Assembly: GCA_034434235.1 (NCBI GenBank)
Contig: DAOTZV010000098.1
Location: forward strand, 8,879-72,878
Reading direction: 5' to 3'
Source of the DNA: Anaerolineae bacterium
GTDB lineage: Bacteria > Chloroflexota > Anaerolineae > CG2-30-64-16
Length of the DNA stretch: 64,000 nt
The notes below the pieces were generated by a model. The model did no database searches. It was not told the origin of the DNA and was given only the letters and a program-made list of their open reading frames with translations. Made by a program: the position numbers and the translations under genes. This document shows positions 37,228-46,836 of this stretch, one piece after another. How positions within the stretch are numbered: position 1 is the stretch's first letter; each line of letters begins with the position of its first letter.

Positions 37228-37421
37228 GTAGGGCGAGCTCAAGCTCGCCTTACGCCGTAGGGCGAGATCGCTCTTCCATGTTGTAGGGCGAGCTTAAGCT
37301 CGCCTTACGCCGTAGGGCGAGATCGCTCTTCCATGTTGTAGGGCGAGCTTAAGCTCGCCTTACGCCGTAGGGCGAGATCGCTCTTCCATGTTGTAGGGCG
37401 AGCTCAAGCTCGCCTTACGCC
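37228..37421. repeat. 55-bp tandem repeat x3.5 built from Family-B-like palindromes (GTAGGGCGAGCTYAAGCTCGCCTTAC + GCCGTAGGGCGAGATCGCTCTTCCATGTT)
   Basis: Units start 37228, 37283, 37338, 37393. Directly upstream of pcm RBS; overlaps last 18 nt of the geranylgeranyl reductase ORF. Confidence 0.85.
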
Positions 37422-38651
37422 ACATAAGATGTCGCGCCATGTGCGCGGGGAGAACGCCAGCCAGGGGGAAGCGACCCCCAGGTTGATGCCGGCGATGGTG
37501 CGCGCCAGATAGGGCCGGTGCTGTGCCTGGCGAATCAGGACGTTCAAGGCGCGCGGGCCGGTGGCCAGGCGCAACAGCACGCGAATGCCGCGGAAGAAGC
37601 CCGCGTACCGGCCGCGCAGGTCACGGTCGTAACGCCGCAAACCGCCGGCCGTCAGGTCGCCGGCCGCCAGGACCGTGTGGATGGCTTCGGCGGCCAGTTC
37701 CGCGCTCTCCATCGCCAGGTCTATTCCTTCGCCGGTCACCGGATTGACCAGCCCCGCGGCCTCGCCGATCACGAGAAAGCCATCGCCGCTTGTCCGGCAG
37801 CGCGGGAAGTCTATGCGGATCGGATAGCCCTTGATCGGTCCGGCCGGCACGGCCGCGGCCAGCCGCCGGTGACGACGGAGGAACTCGTCCAATCGGCTGC
37901 GCAGGTTGATCGCGGGCCCGGTCCCGTCGCGGGCCAGGACGCCGAGTCCGATGTTGGCGCGATCCTCTCCCACCGGAAAGACCCATCCGTAGCCCGGCGC
38001 CAGGTCGGCGTCGAAGTAGAACTCGAACGCATCGGTCAGATCGGGCACGCGCGCGAAGTAGCCGCGCACGGCGTTGATCCCCGGCGGCATGGCCCGCAAC
38101 ACGCCGAACGCGCGCAACAGACCGATGGCCGCGCCCGTCGCCAGCACGGTGATCCGGGCGTGCACCCGCAGCGGCCCATCGGCCGTCCGGGCCTCGACGC
38201 CGATCACGGTCCGGCGGCCTGCGCCGGTCGGCGCTCCGTAGAGCGGCCGTTCCGCGTCCACGCCGCCCCGGAAGCGTGCGCCCTGGCTCACGGCGTGGCG
38301 GCGCAGGTAATCATCGAGCTCGAACCGCGGCACCACCAGCCCGAAGGTCGGCAGGCCCAGGTCGTAGTCGGCGAAGCGCATCAGCCACCGGTCGCCGTTC
38401 GGCGCATGCAACAGCGCCGCGTGGATGCGGCGATAGCCGTTCGCCGCCAGGCCATCCAGCAGGCCCAATCGCGCCAGCGCCCCGACCGCACGCGGGGTAA
38501 GGCCGTCGCCGCACGTCTTGTCGCGGGGAAAGATCGCGCGATCCAGCAACAGCACATCGTGGCCCCGGCCGGCCAGCAACGCCGCCAGCGTACTGCCGGC
38601 CGGTCCCGCGCCCACGATCACGATCTCGGCCGTATCCTCTCGGTATGCCAT
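37404..38651 (-). CDS. Geranylgeranyl reductase family FAD-dependent oxidoreductase
   Basis: FAD motif IVIVGAGPAGS, GDG motif. Family length ~400 aa. Confidence 0.6.
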   Translation of the reverse strand: MAYREDTAEIVIVGAGPAGSTLAALLAGRGHDVLLLDRAIFPRDKTCGDGLTPRAVGALARLGLLDGLAANGYRRIHAALLHAPNGDRWLMRFADYDLGLPTFGLVVPRFELDDYLRRHAVSQGARFRGGVDAERPLYGAPTGAGRRTVIGVEARTADGPLRVHARITVLATGAAIGLLRAFGVLRAMPPGINAVRGYFARVPDLTDAFEFYFDADLAPGYGWVFPVGEDRANIGLGVLARDGTGPAINLRSRLDEFLRRHRRLAAAVPAGPIKGYPIRIDFPRCRTSGDGFLVIGEAAGLVNPVTGEGIDLAMESAELAAEAIHTVLAAGDLTAGGLRRYDRDLRGRYAGFFRGIRVLLRLATGPRALNVLIRQAQHRPYLARTIAGINLGVASPWLAFSPRTWRDILCGVRRA

Positions 38652-38667
38652 GTTGGTTTTAATGAAA

Positions 38668-38694
38668 TAGGGAGGGGTCCATCCCCCTCCCTAG
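38668..38694. terminator. GC-rich perfect hairpin AGGGAGGGGG-TCCAT-CCCCCTCCCT downstream of ABC ATPase gene
   Basis: 10-bp perfect stem; A/T-rich flank (TTTAATGAAAT) on one side. Confidence 0.45.
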
Positions 38695-38734
38695 CCCGAC
38701 CTCAAAAGGTCAATCTTCGTCCGTCATGAGGCGA

Positions 38735-39841
38735 TCAAGGCAGATCCAGCGTCTTCTCGCTCTGCGGATCGAACAGGTGCATGTTGTCCATGTTGAACAA
38801 CACGTCTATCATCTCGCCGGCGTGCGTGCGGGTGCGCGGGTCGACGCGGGCGATGAACTGCTTCTTGCCGGAAAGCAGGTACAGGAAGATCTCGTTGCCC
38901 ATCAACTCGGTCACGTCCACCTCGGCGGTCACCTTCGCGGGGGTGATGCCGGGCGCCGCGTACTCGGCCGCGTAGATGTCCTCGGGCCGGATGCCGAAGA
39001 TCACCTTCTGGCCCTTGTAGGGCAGATAGAGGGGCCGCCGCTTATCGGGCACCTGCACCTTGAACGTGCCGCTGTCCACGAACAGCTTGCCGTCCTGCTC
39101 CACCAGGGTCGCGTCGAAGAAGTTCATGGACGGGCTGCCGATGAAGCCGGCCACGAACACGTTGCCGGGATGGTCGTAGAGGTTCTGCGGCGTGTCAATC
39201 TGCTGCAGGATGCCGTCCTTCATCACCGCGATGCGGGTGGCCATGGTCATGGCCTCCACCTGGTCGTGCGTCACGTAGATGAAGGTGGTGCCCAGCCGCT
39301 GATGCAGCTTGCTCAGTTCGGCGCGGGTTTGCACGCGCAGCTTGGCGTCCAGGTTAGAGAGCGGCTCGTCGAAGAGGAAGACGGCCGGATCGCGCACGAT
39401 GGCGCGGCCCACGGCCACGCGCTGGCGCTGGCCGCCGGAGAGCTGCTTGGGCTTGCGGTCGAGCAACTGGCTGATCCCCAGGATCTCGGCGGCTTCCTTG
39501 ACCTTGCGATCGATCTCGGCCTTGGGCACCTTGCGCAGCTTCAAGCCGAATGCCATGTTGTCGTACACGCTCATATGCGGGTAGAGCGCGTAGCTTTGGA
39601 ACACCATGGCGATATCGCGATCCTTGGGGGGTACATCGTTGACCAGCCGATCGCCGATGTAGATGCGGCCGTCGGTGATCTCCTCCAGCCCGGCGAGGAG
39701 GCGCAGGCTGGTGGTCTTGCCGCAGCCGGACGGACCGACGAAGACGAGGAATTCCTTATCGGCGATGGCGACGCTCAGGTCGTTGACGGCAATGACATCG
39801 CCGAATCGCTTGGTCACATGATCGTAAGTTACACTGGCCAT
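38735..39841 (-). CDS. Sugar ABC transporter ATP-binding protein (MalK/UgpC/MsiK-like), orphan
   Basis: Walker A GPSGCGKTT, signature LSGGQRQRVAVGRA. C-terminal MalK-type regulatory domain. No adjacent permease. Confidence 0.75.
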   Translation of the reverse strand: MASVTYDHVTKRFGDVIAVNDLSVAIADKEFLVFVGPSGCGKTTSLRLLAGLEEITDGRIYIGDRLVNDVPPKDRDIAMVFQSYALYPHMSVYDNMAFGLKLRKVPKAEIDRKVKEAAEILGISQLLDRKPKQLSGGQRQRVAVGRAIVRDPAVFLFDEPLSNLDAKLRVQTRAELSKLHQRLGTTFIYVTHDQVEAMTMATRIAVMKDGILQQIDTPQNLYDHPGNVFVAGFIGSPSMNFFDATLVEQDGKLFVDSGTFKVQVPDKRRPLYLPYKGQKVIFGIRPEDIYAAEYAAPGITPAKVTAEVDVTELMGNEIFLYLLSGKKQFIARVDPRTRTHAGEMIDVLFNMDNMHLFDPQSEKTLDLP

Positions 39842-40256
39842 CTGGTGTCTTTGCTCCTGATGTAGGATGAAATACGCCGGCGTTGCCGGCAAAGGGGCCG
39901 GACAAACAGAACTCTTCGGTTGGGAGCTTCAGCTTTGCCGATTGGAAGGCTGGGCCGCGCCCTCGCGCATCCAATGACCAAGATCGGCGCCGGTGAAAGT
40001 CCCAGGCACACTGCCAAAACCGCTTTGCCACGGCCTCGGAAACGAGCAGGCGAGATCAGGCAATCGGTCGGTCGCGAACGTTGCACCTCCTGGCGATGGA
40101 TTCAAGGAGCTTCTCTCGGCTCATGCGCAACGCCTGGTCCACATCGCGCGCCCCAAGAAGCTGGCGTGATTCTACCACAACCTGATACAAAGTGGCAAGT
40201 TCGCGCAAGATGAGATACAATCGTCACACAGACACTTCTTACAGGACGGTTCCATC

Positions 40257-40709
40257 ATGGATGATCAGCCCCTGCACTCGCTCTACAACTATCGCCGCGT
40301 TTCCGAACGCATCGCTACATCGGGGATGCCGACCGCCGAACAGTTGGCCGCCATTGCGCGCGCCGGCTTCGATGTGGTGATCAACCTGGATCAGCTCGAC
40401 TCTCGCCATGCCTTGCCCGACGAACGGCAGATGGTCACGGCGCTGGGGCTGATCTATGAGCAGATCCCGGTGGTCTGGGACAATCCCGGCCATGCCCAGG
40501 TCGTCCAGTTTCTGGACGCGCTCGATCGTCACGCCGATAAACGCGTCTTCGTGCATTGCGTCGCCAACTACCGGGCGTCCGTGTTCATTGCGCTCTACCG
40601 CATCCTTCGACTGGGCTGGCCGCCGGCCGAGGCGCTGGCCGACATGATGACCGTCTGGCAGCCGAACCCAACCTGGCAGGCGTTCATCGAAAGCGAGCTG
40701 GCGCAATGA
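40257..40709 (+). CDS. Protein-tyrosine-phosphatase-like (DUF442/CX4R-type) family protein
   Basis: 150 aa with HCVANYRAS P-loop-like motif. Confidence 0.45.
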   Translation: MDDQPLHSLYNYRRVSERIATSGMPTAEQLAAIARAGFDVVINLDQLDSRHALPDERQMVTALGLIYEQIPVVWDNPGHAQVVQFLDALDRHADKRVFVHCVANYRASVFIALYRILRLGWPPAEALADMMTVWQPNPTWQAFIESELAQ

Positions 40710-41902
40710 GCACAATTGCAAGCAAACTCCCGACCTTTGCCCGCAGCAGACAATTCAGCTATGCCGCCGCCTACTACATCGGCTTCGTTGCCCTCGGGCT
40801 GGCCGCGGCCGTGATGGGGCCAACTTTGCTTGGCCTGGCCAGGCACACCGGATCCACGATCGGCCAGGTCAGCTTCCTGTTCACGGCGCGCGCGTTGGGC
40901 TACTTGATCGGCTCGCTGATCAGCGGCCGACTGTATGACCGGCTGCCGGGCCATCGGGTGATGATGAGCGTGCTGCTCCTGATCGCCGGGATGCTGCTGT
41001 TGACGCCGATGATCCCGTTGCTGTGGCTGTTGGCCGCCGTCATGCTCGTGTGGGGCGTGGGCGAAGGCGCGCTGGATGTGGGCGGCAACACGCTCCTGGT
41101 CTGGGTCTATCGCGAGCAGGTCGCGCCGTACATGAACGCGCTGCACTTCTTCTTCGGCGTGGGCGCGTTCATCTCGCCGATCATCGTGGCGCAGGCGATC
41201 CAGGCGACCGGCGACATCGTGTTGGCCTATTGGGCGCTGGCCGCACTGATGTTGCCGGCCCTGGTGTGGCTGAGCCGGCTGCCCAGTCCGCCGCGCCAGG
41301 TCGTCACCGAGGCGCATCGTTCGGGCCGCACGAACTGGAAGATGCTGCTCCTGCTGGTGCTTTCGTTCTATGTGTACGTCGGCGCGGAGCTGAGCCTGGG
41401 GAACTGGCTTTCTACCTATGCCGTCAAGCTCCGCCTGGCCAACGCCGCGGGCGCGGCGTATCTCACTTCGGCGTTTTGGGGCGCGTTCACGGCCGGCCGG
41501 CTGATCTCGATTCCGCTCGCCACGCGCTTTGCCGAGCGCACCGTCCTCCTGGCCGACTTGGTCGGCGCGCTGGCCTTCATCGTGCTCATGTTGATCTTCC
41601 CGCATTCGACGGTCGCCTTGTGGATCGGCGCGTGCGGCGCGGGCTTTGCCATGGCCTCGATCTTCCCCACGATGATCTCGTTCGCCCAACACCACATGAC
41701 GATCACCGGCCAGGTCACCAGTTTCTTCCTGGCGGGTTCGAGCCTGGGCAGCATGACGCTGCCGTTGCTGATCGGCCAGTTGTTCGACTCGGTCGGGCCA
41801 TCCGTCATGGTCATGTTTGTCGCAGCCGCCCTGCTGATCGAACTGGCGCTCTACGGGCTGCTGCTGATGCTTGTCGCGAGGAAAAGGGAAAAATCGGAGT
41901 AA
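40706..41902 (+). CDS. MFS transporter
   Basis: 12 predicted TM helices, MFS pattern GRLYDRLPGHR between TM2 and TM3. ATGA overlap with upstream gene. Confidence 0.75.
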   Translation: MSTIASKLPTFARSRQFSYAAAYYIGFVALGLAAAVMGPTLLGLARHTGSTIGQVSFLFTARALGYLIGSLISGRLYDRLPGHRVMMSVLLLIAGMLLLTPMIPLLWLLAAVMLVWGVGEGALDVGGNTLLVWVYREQVAPYMNALHFFFGVGAFISPIIVAQAIQATGDIVLAYWALAALMLPALVWLSRLPSPPRQVVTEAHRSGRTNWKMLLLLVLSFYVYVGAELSLGNWLSTYAVKLRLANAAGAAYLTSAFWGAFTAGRLISIPLATRFAERTVLLADLVGALAFIVLMLIFPHSTVALWIGACGAGFAMASIFPTMISFAQHHMTITGQVTSFFLAGSSLGSMTLPLLIGQLFDSVGPSVMVMFVAAALLIELALYGLLLMLVARKREKSE

Positions 41903-41911
41903 AACACGCCC

Positions 41912-44365
41912 ATGGCTTTCGATCCGGCCGTTTTCCTGAACGAACTGCGCCGCCGCCGGGATTACGCCGGGCAACTGGTGCATGTGCAGACGATCCCGGC
42001 CCGCGCGCCGCGCTACGGCGAGCTGCAGGTTCAGCTCAGTCCGCCGGTGCGGCGGGCGTTGGCCGCGGCCGGCGCGGAGCGGCTCTACACCCATCAGGCC
42101 GCCGCGATCAATGCCGCGCTGTCGGGCCAACATGTCGTCGTCGCCACCTCCACGGCCAGCGGCAAGACCCTCTGCTTCAACGTGCCGGTGTTGGAGGCGC
42201 TGGCGCGCGATCCGCTGGCGCGTGCGCTCTATCTCTACCCCACCAAGGCGCTGGCGCAGGATCAGCTCGGCAAGTGGAAGGCGCTGGTCGAGGGCGCCGG
42301 CGAGGGGATCATCAATCCCCTCGCCGCGACCTATGACGGCGACACGCCCCAGGCCGCGCGCGCCCGCGTGCGCAAGACCGCGCGCGTCCTGCTGACCAAC
42401 CCCGACATGCTCCATACCGGCATCCTGCCCAATCATCCGTTGTGGGCCGAGTTTTTCCGCCATCTGAAATATGTGGTCATAGACGAGGCGCACACCTATC
42501 GGGGCGTGTTCGGCTCGCAGGTGGCGTGCGTGTTGCGTCGGCTGCGCCGGGTGTGCGCGCTGTATCAGGGCGCAGAAGGCCGGTGGCCCGAGGCCGAGGC
42601 CCGGAAGCGCGCGAGCAGCGGCGGCGCCGGGCCTCTCGGCCGGGGGCCCCTCTTCATCGCCACCTCGGCGACCATCGCCAATCCGGCCGAGCACTTCGCG
42701 CTGTTGACCGGCCTGTCCGCGACGGTCATCGCCGACGACGGCTCGCCGCACGGCCCGCGCACGTTCGCGCTGTGGAACCCGCCCTTCCTGGATCGCAGCC
42801 ACACGGCCCGGCGCAGCGCCAATCACGAGGCGAGCGACCTGTTCGCGGCGCTGGTGAGCGCCGGCGTGCGCACCATCGCGTTTACGCGGGCGCGCGTCAT
42901 CGCGGAGCTGCTCCTGCGCTATGCGCGCGCCGCGCTCGGCCGCAACCGCGCCACGGCCGGCCTGGCCGACCGCATCGCGGCCTATCGGGCCGGCTACCTG
43001 CCCGAAGAGCGCCGGCGCATCGAGCGAGAGCTGTTCGGCGGCCGGCTGTTGGGCGTGACGGCCACCAGCGCGCTGGAGCTGGGGATAGATGTCGGCGGCC
43101 TGGACGCGGCGATCCTGGTCGGCTATCCGGGCACCATCGCCAGCTTGTGGCAACAGGCCGGCCGCGCCGGCCGCGGGGACGCGGCTTCGCTGACGATCCT
43201 GATCGGCCTGGACGACCCGCTCGATCAATACTATATGCGCCATCCCGCCGAGCTGCTCGGCCGGCCGCACGAGAACGCGCTGCTCGACCCCGATAACTTC
43301 TACATCCTCCAACGCCACCTGCCGTGCGCCGCGCACGAGATCCCGCTGCGCGTGGCGGCCGAAGAGCAGCCCCAGGCGGCCGATCAGGCCGGCATGGACG
43401 ATGAGTCGCTTTTCGGGCCCGGCTTCGTGGACGCGATGGTGGCGCTGGAAGAGAGCGGCGTCTTGCGCTTCACCGGCGAGCGGTGGGTCTACGCGCGGGC
43501 CGACTACCCGGCGCAGGACGTCAGCCTGCGCGATGCGGAGGGCGAGCGCTTCGCCATCCTGAACGAAGCCAACGGCTACCGCATGTTGGAGGAGATCAGC
43601 AGCACGACCGCGCCGTTCCGCGTCCATCCGGGCGCCATCTACCTGCACCAGGGCGAGTCGTACCTGGTGACGGAGTACAACGCCGCGCTGCGCCATGCGA
43701 TCGTGAAGCCGGTCAACGCGGACTACTATACCCAGCCGCGCGAGGTCAACGATGTGCGCATCGTGCGCTCGCTGCGGCATCGGCCGCTTGCGGCCGGCGC
43801 GGCCTATCTGGGCAAGGTGCGGGTGCGGGGCCAGGTGATCGGCTATCGCCGGCTCCAACAGTTCACCGAGGCGGTGCTCGGCGAAGAGCCGCTGGACATG
43901 CCGGTCACGGAGTACGAGACGATCGGCCTGTGGTGGGACCTGCCGCCGGAGCTGCCGGCCGAACTGGCCCTGCGCGGGCTCGACTTCCTGGGCGGCCTTC
44001 ACGCGGTCGAGCACGCGGCCATCGGCATCCTGCCGCTCTTCGCCATGTGTGACCGCTGGGACATCGGCGGGTTGAGCACCCCGCGCCACCCCGACACCGA
44101 CGCCGCGCAGATCTTCATCTACGACGGCTTTCCGGGCGGGGTGGGCATCGCGGAGAAGGGCTTCGAGCTGTTGCCCGAGCTCTGGTCGGCCACGCTGGAC
44201 GTGATCCGAGGTTGTCCGTGCGAGGGCGGGTGTCCGAGCTGCGTACAAAGCCCCAAGTGCGGCAACTTCAACCAGCCGCTGGACAAACAGGCCGCCGTGG
44301 CGATCCTCCAGCGGCTGCTGGCCGGACAACGTTCCGCTACGGCCGGATCTCGAAGTCGTGGGTGA
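41912..44365 (+). CDS. MrfA-like ATP-dependent helicase (DEXH helicase + DUF1998), paralog without HNH insert
   Basis: [16 protein letters not shown] motifs. C-terminal [18 protein letters not shown] zinc cluster. ~45% identical in conserved blocks to the gene at 18027. Confidence 0.75.
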   Translation: MAFDPAVFLNELRRRRDYAGQLVHVQTIPARAPRYGELQVQLSPPVRRALAAAGAERLYTHQAAAINAALSGQHVVVATSTASGKTLCFNVPVLEALARDPLARALYLYPTKALAQDQLGKWKALVEGAGEGIINPLAATYDGDTPQAARARVRKTARVLLTNPDMLHTGILPNHPLWAEFFRHLKYVVIDEAHTYRGVFGSQVACVLRRLRRVCALYQGAEGRWPEAEARKRASSGGAGPLGRGPLFIATSATIANPAEHFALLTGLSATVIADDGSPHGPRTFALWNPPFLDRSHTARRSANHEASDLFAALVSAGVRTIAFTRARVIAELLLRYARAALGRNRATAGLADRIAAYRAGYLPEERRRIERELFGGRLLGVTATSALELGIDVGGLDAAILVGYPGTIASLWQQAGRAGRGDAASLTILIGLDDPLDQYYMRHPAELLGRPHENALLDPDNFYILQRHLPCAAHEIPLRVAAEEQPQAADQAGMDDESLFGPGFVDAMVALEESGVLRFTGERWVYARADYPAQDVSLRDAEGERFAILNEANGYRMLEEISSTTAPFRVHPGAIYLHQGESYLVTEYNAALRHAIVKPVNADYYTQPREVNDVRIVRSLRHRPLAAGAAYLGKVRVRGQVIGYRRLQQFTEAVLGEEPLDMPVTEYETIGLWWDLPPELPAELALRGLDFLGGLHAVEHAAIGILPLFAMCDRWDIGGLSTPRHPDTDAAQIFIYDGFPGGVGIAEKGFELLPELWSATLDVIRGCPCEGGCPSCVQSPKCGNFNQPLDKQAAVAILQRLLAGQRSATAGSRSRG

Positions 44366-44771
44366 TCTGGGTCACCCCGCGGATCGTGGCGGCCACCGAA
44401 CAGTACTTCTCTTCCGAAAGCTTGATCGCGCGCTCCACTTTCTGGGGATCGAGATCGGCGCCGGAGACGACGTAGTGCAGGTGGATGCGCACGAAGGCCC
44501 ACGGCGGCTCGGCCGCCTGTTCGGCGTCCGCGATGACGGTCAATCCGGTCAGTTGCACCCGTTGCTTGAGCAGGATGTCTACCACGTCGTATCCCGAACA
44601 CGCGCAGAGCGCGATCACGAGCAGGTCCGACGCCTTGGTCGCGCGCCATTCGACCCAGCCCGGCTCATCGCCTTTTTGCCAGTAGCCGACCGTGATGGTA
44701 CGGCCGCCGCTGTCGCGGCCCACGAACAACCGGCTGTCATCGCCGGTCCACTTTACTGCGATCTGTCCCAT
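44337..44771 (-). CDS. OsmC/Ohr family peroxiredoxin-like protein
   Basis: Paired Cys (LCACSG and KYCSVAAT). 144 aa. Start set at ATG 44771, not ORF-track 45260. Confidence 0.65.
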   Translation of the reverse strand: MGQIAVKWTGDDSRLFVGRDSGGRTITVGYWQKGDEPGWVEWRATKASDLLVIALCACSGYDVVDILLKQRVQLTGLTVIADAEQAAEPPWAFVRIHLHYVVSGADLDPQKVERAIKLSEEKYCSVAATIRGVTQITHDFEIRP

Positions 44772-44797
44772 AAAAATAGCTCCCTTTGCAGGCCGGA

Positions 44798-45751
44798 TTA
44801 GTTCGACTCCATCCCGCGCCATGGCCCGGGCGTTTCCTGTTTGAGCGAGGTGACGATCCCCGCCCAGCGACATGCTTCCTCCGGCGAGGAGGTCATGCGT
44901 TTGGCCAGGTACGTGGCGAAGCAGGTATCGCCGCGGCCGGTGCGACCGGCCAATGAACGCGGCGTAAATGCCGCGAAATAGATCCGGCCGTCCGCATAGA
45001 CCGTCACCCCGGCCGATTGGGTGAGCACGATCTCGCGCGGCCCATAGGCGGCCAGCCGGGCCGCCGCGCGCGCCAGCGCCGGTGAGCCGGGCGCCAGTTC
45101 GCTCTCGCCGGTGAGGGCCTCGGCCTCGGCGCGATCCACCTTGAGGTAGGTGACATGCGCCAGCCCTTCGGCCATCTCCTCCCACGGCCGAAAGAGCAGC
45201 TCGTTGCCCACCCGTACGCGCACGAAGCCCTGTACATCGAGCGCGACGCCCGGCGGACATGCGCGCTCGGAGCCGGCGGCCGCACAGGACGCCTCACGCG
45301 CCCGCGTGGCCAGACGCTTCAGCAGCGCCAGATCTATCTCGCCGGCCATGATCGGCACGGCCGCGTAGATGTGCGCCGATACGGCCGGGATGTCGGCCGG
45401 CTCGAACGGCCCGGCAAAGCCCAGCGGCACGCAGATCCGGCGTTCCATGTCCGCGGAGCGGTAGGTGTTCTCGATGCCGGAAGTCTCGGCCGCGGGGGCC
45501 GCGAAGACCTCGATGCCCGCGGCGCGCAGCTCGTCCAGCCGGCCGAAATCCGCGCGGCTCAGCCGCGTCACCACGCCTACCCGCGCGCCCAGCCGCGCCG
45601 CGGCGATCCCGCCGTAGTATACGGCTCCGCCCGAGGCGATCTCGGCCACGCCGTCTACCACATTGCGATCCACTGCGAAGTGGCCGATGAAGAGGAGATC
45701 AAAACACGAAGTCGTCTGGCTCATGGCTGTTTCGGCAATGCGTACAGGCAA
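44798..45751 (-). CDS. PfkB-family carbohydrate/ribokinase-like kinase
   Basis: N-terminal GG motif ([10 protein letters not shown]) and C-terminal anion-hole GRTGRGDT. Substrate unknown. Confidence 0.65.
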   Translation of the reverse strand: MPVRIAETAMSQTTSCFDLLFIGHFAVDRNVVDGVAEIASGGAVYYGGIAAARLGARVGVVTRLSRADFGRLDELRAAGIEVFAAPAAETSGIENTYRSADMERRICVPLGFAGPFEPADIPAVSAHIYAAVPIMAGEIDLALLKRLATRAREASCAAAGSERACPPGVALDVQGFVRVRVGNELLFRPWEEMAEGLAHVTYLKVDRAEAEALTGESELAPGSPALARAAARLAAYGPREIVLTQSAGVTVYADGRIYFAAFTPRSLAGRTGRGDTCFATYLAKRMTSSPEEACRWAGIVTSLKQETPGPWRGMESN

Positions 45752-46800
45752 TCTTCCAACAACCGTATCTGAACCGTCTGGCCTTCCGCGTAGATCTCCG
45801 TGTGCCGCGGATCGCGCTCGACCAGCGACAGGAGCTGGCCGGCCACCTCCACATCGTACTCGACGACGCTTCCCAGATAAGAAGTGCGCCGAACGATGCC
45901 CGTGATCTGCGCCTGGGCCGCGTTGATCTCCATCATTTCCGGCCGCACGACCAGGGTCATCGAATCGCCCGGCCGCAACATCTCTTCGGTCGCCGGCACC
46001 CGCAGGAGGGCGCCGAACGCTTCCGCCACCACGACGCCGTTCTCCCGCCCGCGCACGATGGCCTCGACGAAATTCGCCCGGCCGATGAAGTCCGCAACGA
46101 AACGGGTACGCGGCCGGCGATACACCTCGGTCGGCGAGCCGATCTGTTCGATCCTGCCTTGGTTCATCACCACGATCCGGTCGGAGAGGGTCATCGCCTC
46201 CGTTTGATCGTGCGTCACGTAGACGCTGGTGATGCCGAGCCGGCGCTGGATGCGTCGGATCTCGGTGCGCATCTGTTCGCGCAGCTTGGCGTCCAGATTC
46301 GAGAGCGGCTCGTCCATGAGCAGCACTTTGGGTTCCATGACGAGCGCGCGCGCCAGCGCCACGCGCTGCTGCTGGCCGCCCGAAAGCTGATTCGGCGCGC
46401 GATTCTCCAGGCCGGTGAGTTCGACCAGTTCCAACACCTGCGCCACCCGGCGCTTGATCTCGCTTTGGGGCCGGTGCTGGACGTTCAGGCCGTAGGCGAT
46501 GTTCTCGAAGACGTTCAGGTGCGGGAAGATCGCGTAGGATTGGAAGACCATGGACATATCGCGCTTGTGGGGCGGCAGGTCGTTGATCGGCCGGCCGTCC
46601 AGCACGATCTGGCCGGCGGTCGGGAACTCGAAGCCGGCGATCAGACGCAGGGTGGTCGTCTTGCCGCAGCCCGAGGGGCCGAGCAGCGTCACCAGTTCGC
46701 CCCGCTCGATGCTGAGCGACACGCCGTCCACGGCGGTCACCTCGCCCGATCCGCCCCGGCCGACAAACTTCTTCACGATCTTATCGAGTACAAGATACAT
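45721..46800 (-). CDS. ABC transporter ATP-binding protein (FbpC/PotA type, with TOBE domain)
   Basis: Walker A GPSGCGKTT, signature LSGGQQQRVALARAL. Confidence 0.8.
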   Translation of the reverse strand: MYLVLDKIVKKFVGRGGSGEVTAVDGVSLSIERGELVTLLGPSGCGKTTTLRLIAGFEFPTAGQIVLDGRPINDLPPHKRDMSMVFQSYAIFPHLNVFENIAYGLNVQHRPQSEIKRRVAQVLELVELTGLENRAPNQLSGGQQQRVALARALVMEPKVLLMDEPLSNLDAKLREQMRTEIRRIQRRLGITSVYVTHDQTEAMTLSDRIVVMNQGRIEQIGSPTEVYRRPRTRFVADFIGRANFVEAIVRGRENGVVVAEAFGALLRVPATEEMLRPGDSMTLVVRPEMMEINAAQAQITGIVRRTSYLGSVVEYDVEVAGQLLSLVERDPRHTEIYAEGQTVQIRLLEDCLYALPKQP

Positions 46801-46836
46801 CCTTCTCTCCGTCAGTGACAGTGTCCGATGCGCCTC

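Noticed and set aside
37228-37421. Possible CRISPR array (regularly spaced repeats)
   Set aside because: Units are contiguous 55-bp tandem repeats with no unique spacers. Each unit is itself palindromic. No cas genes nearby.
40595-44329. 1244-aa minus-strand ORF
   Set aside because: Antisense to the MFS transporter and second helicase, low-complexity, no motifs. Artefact of high GC.
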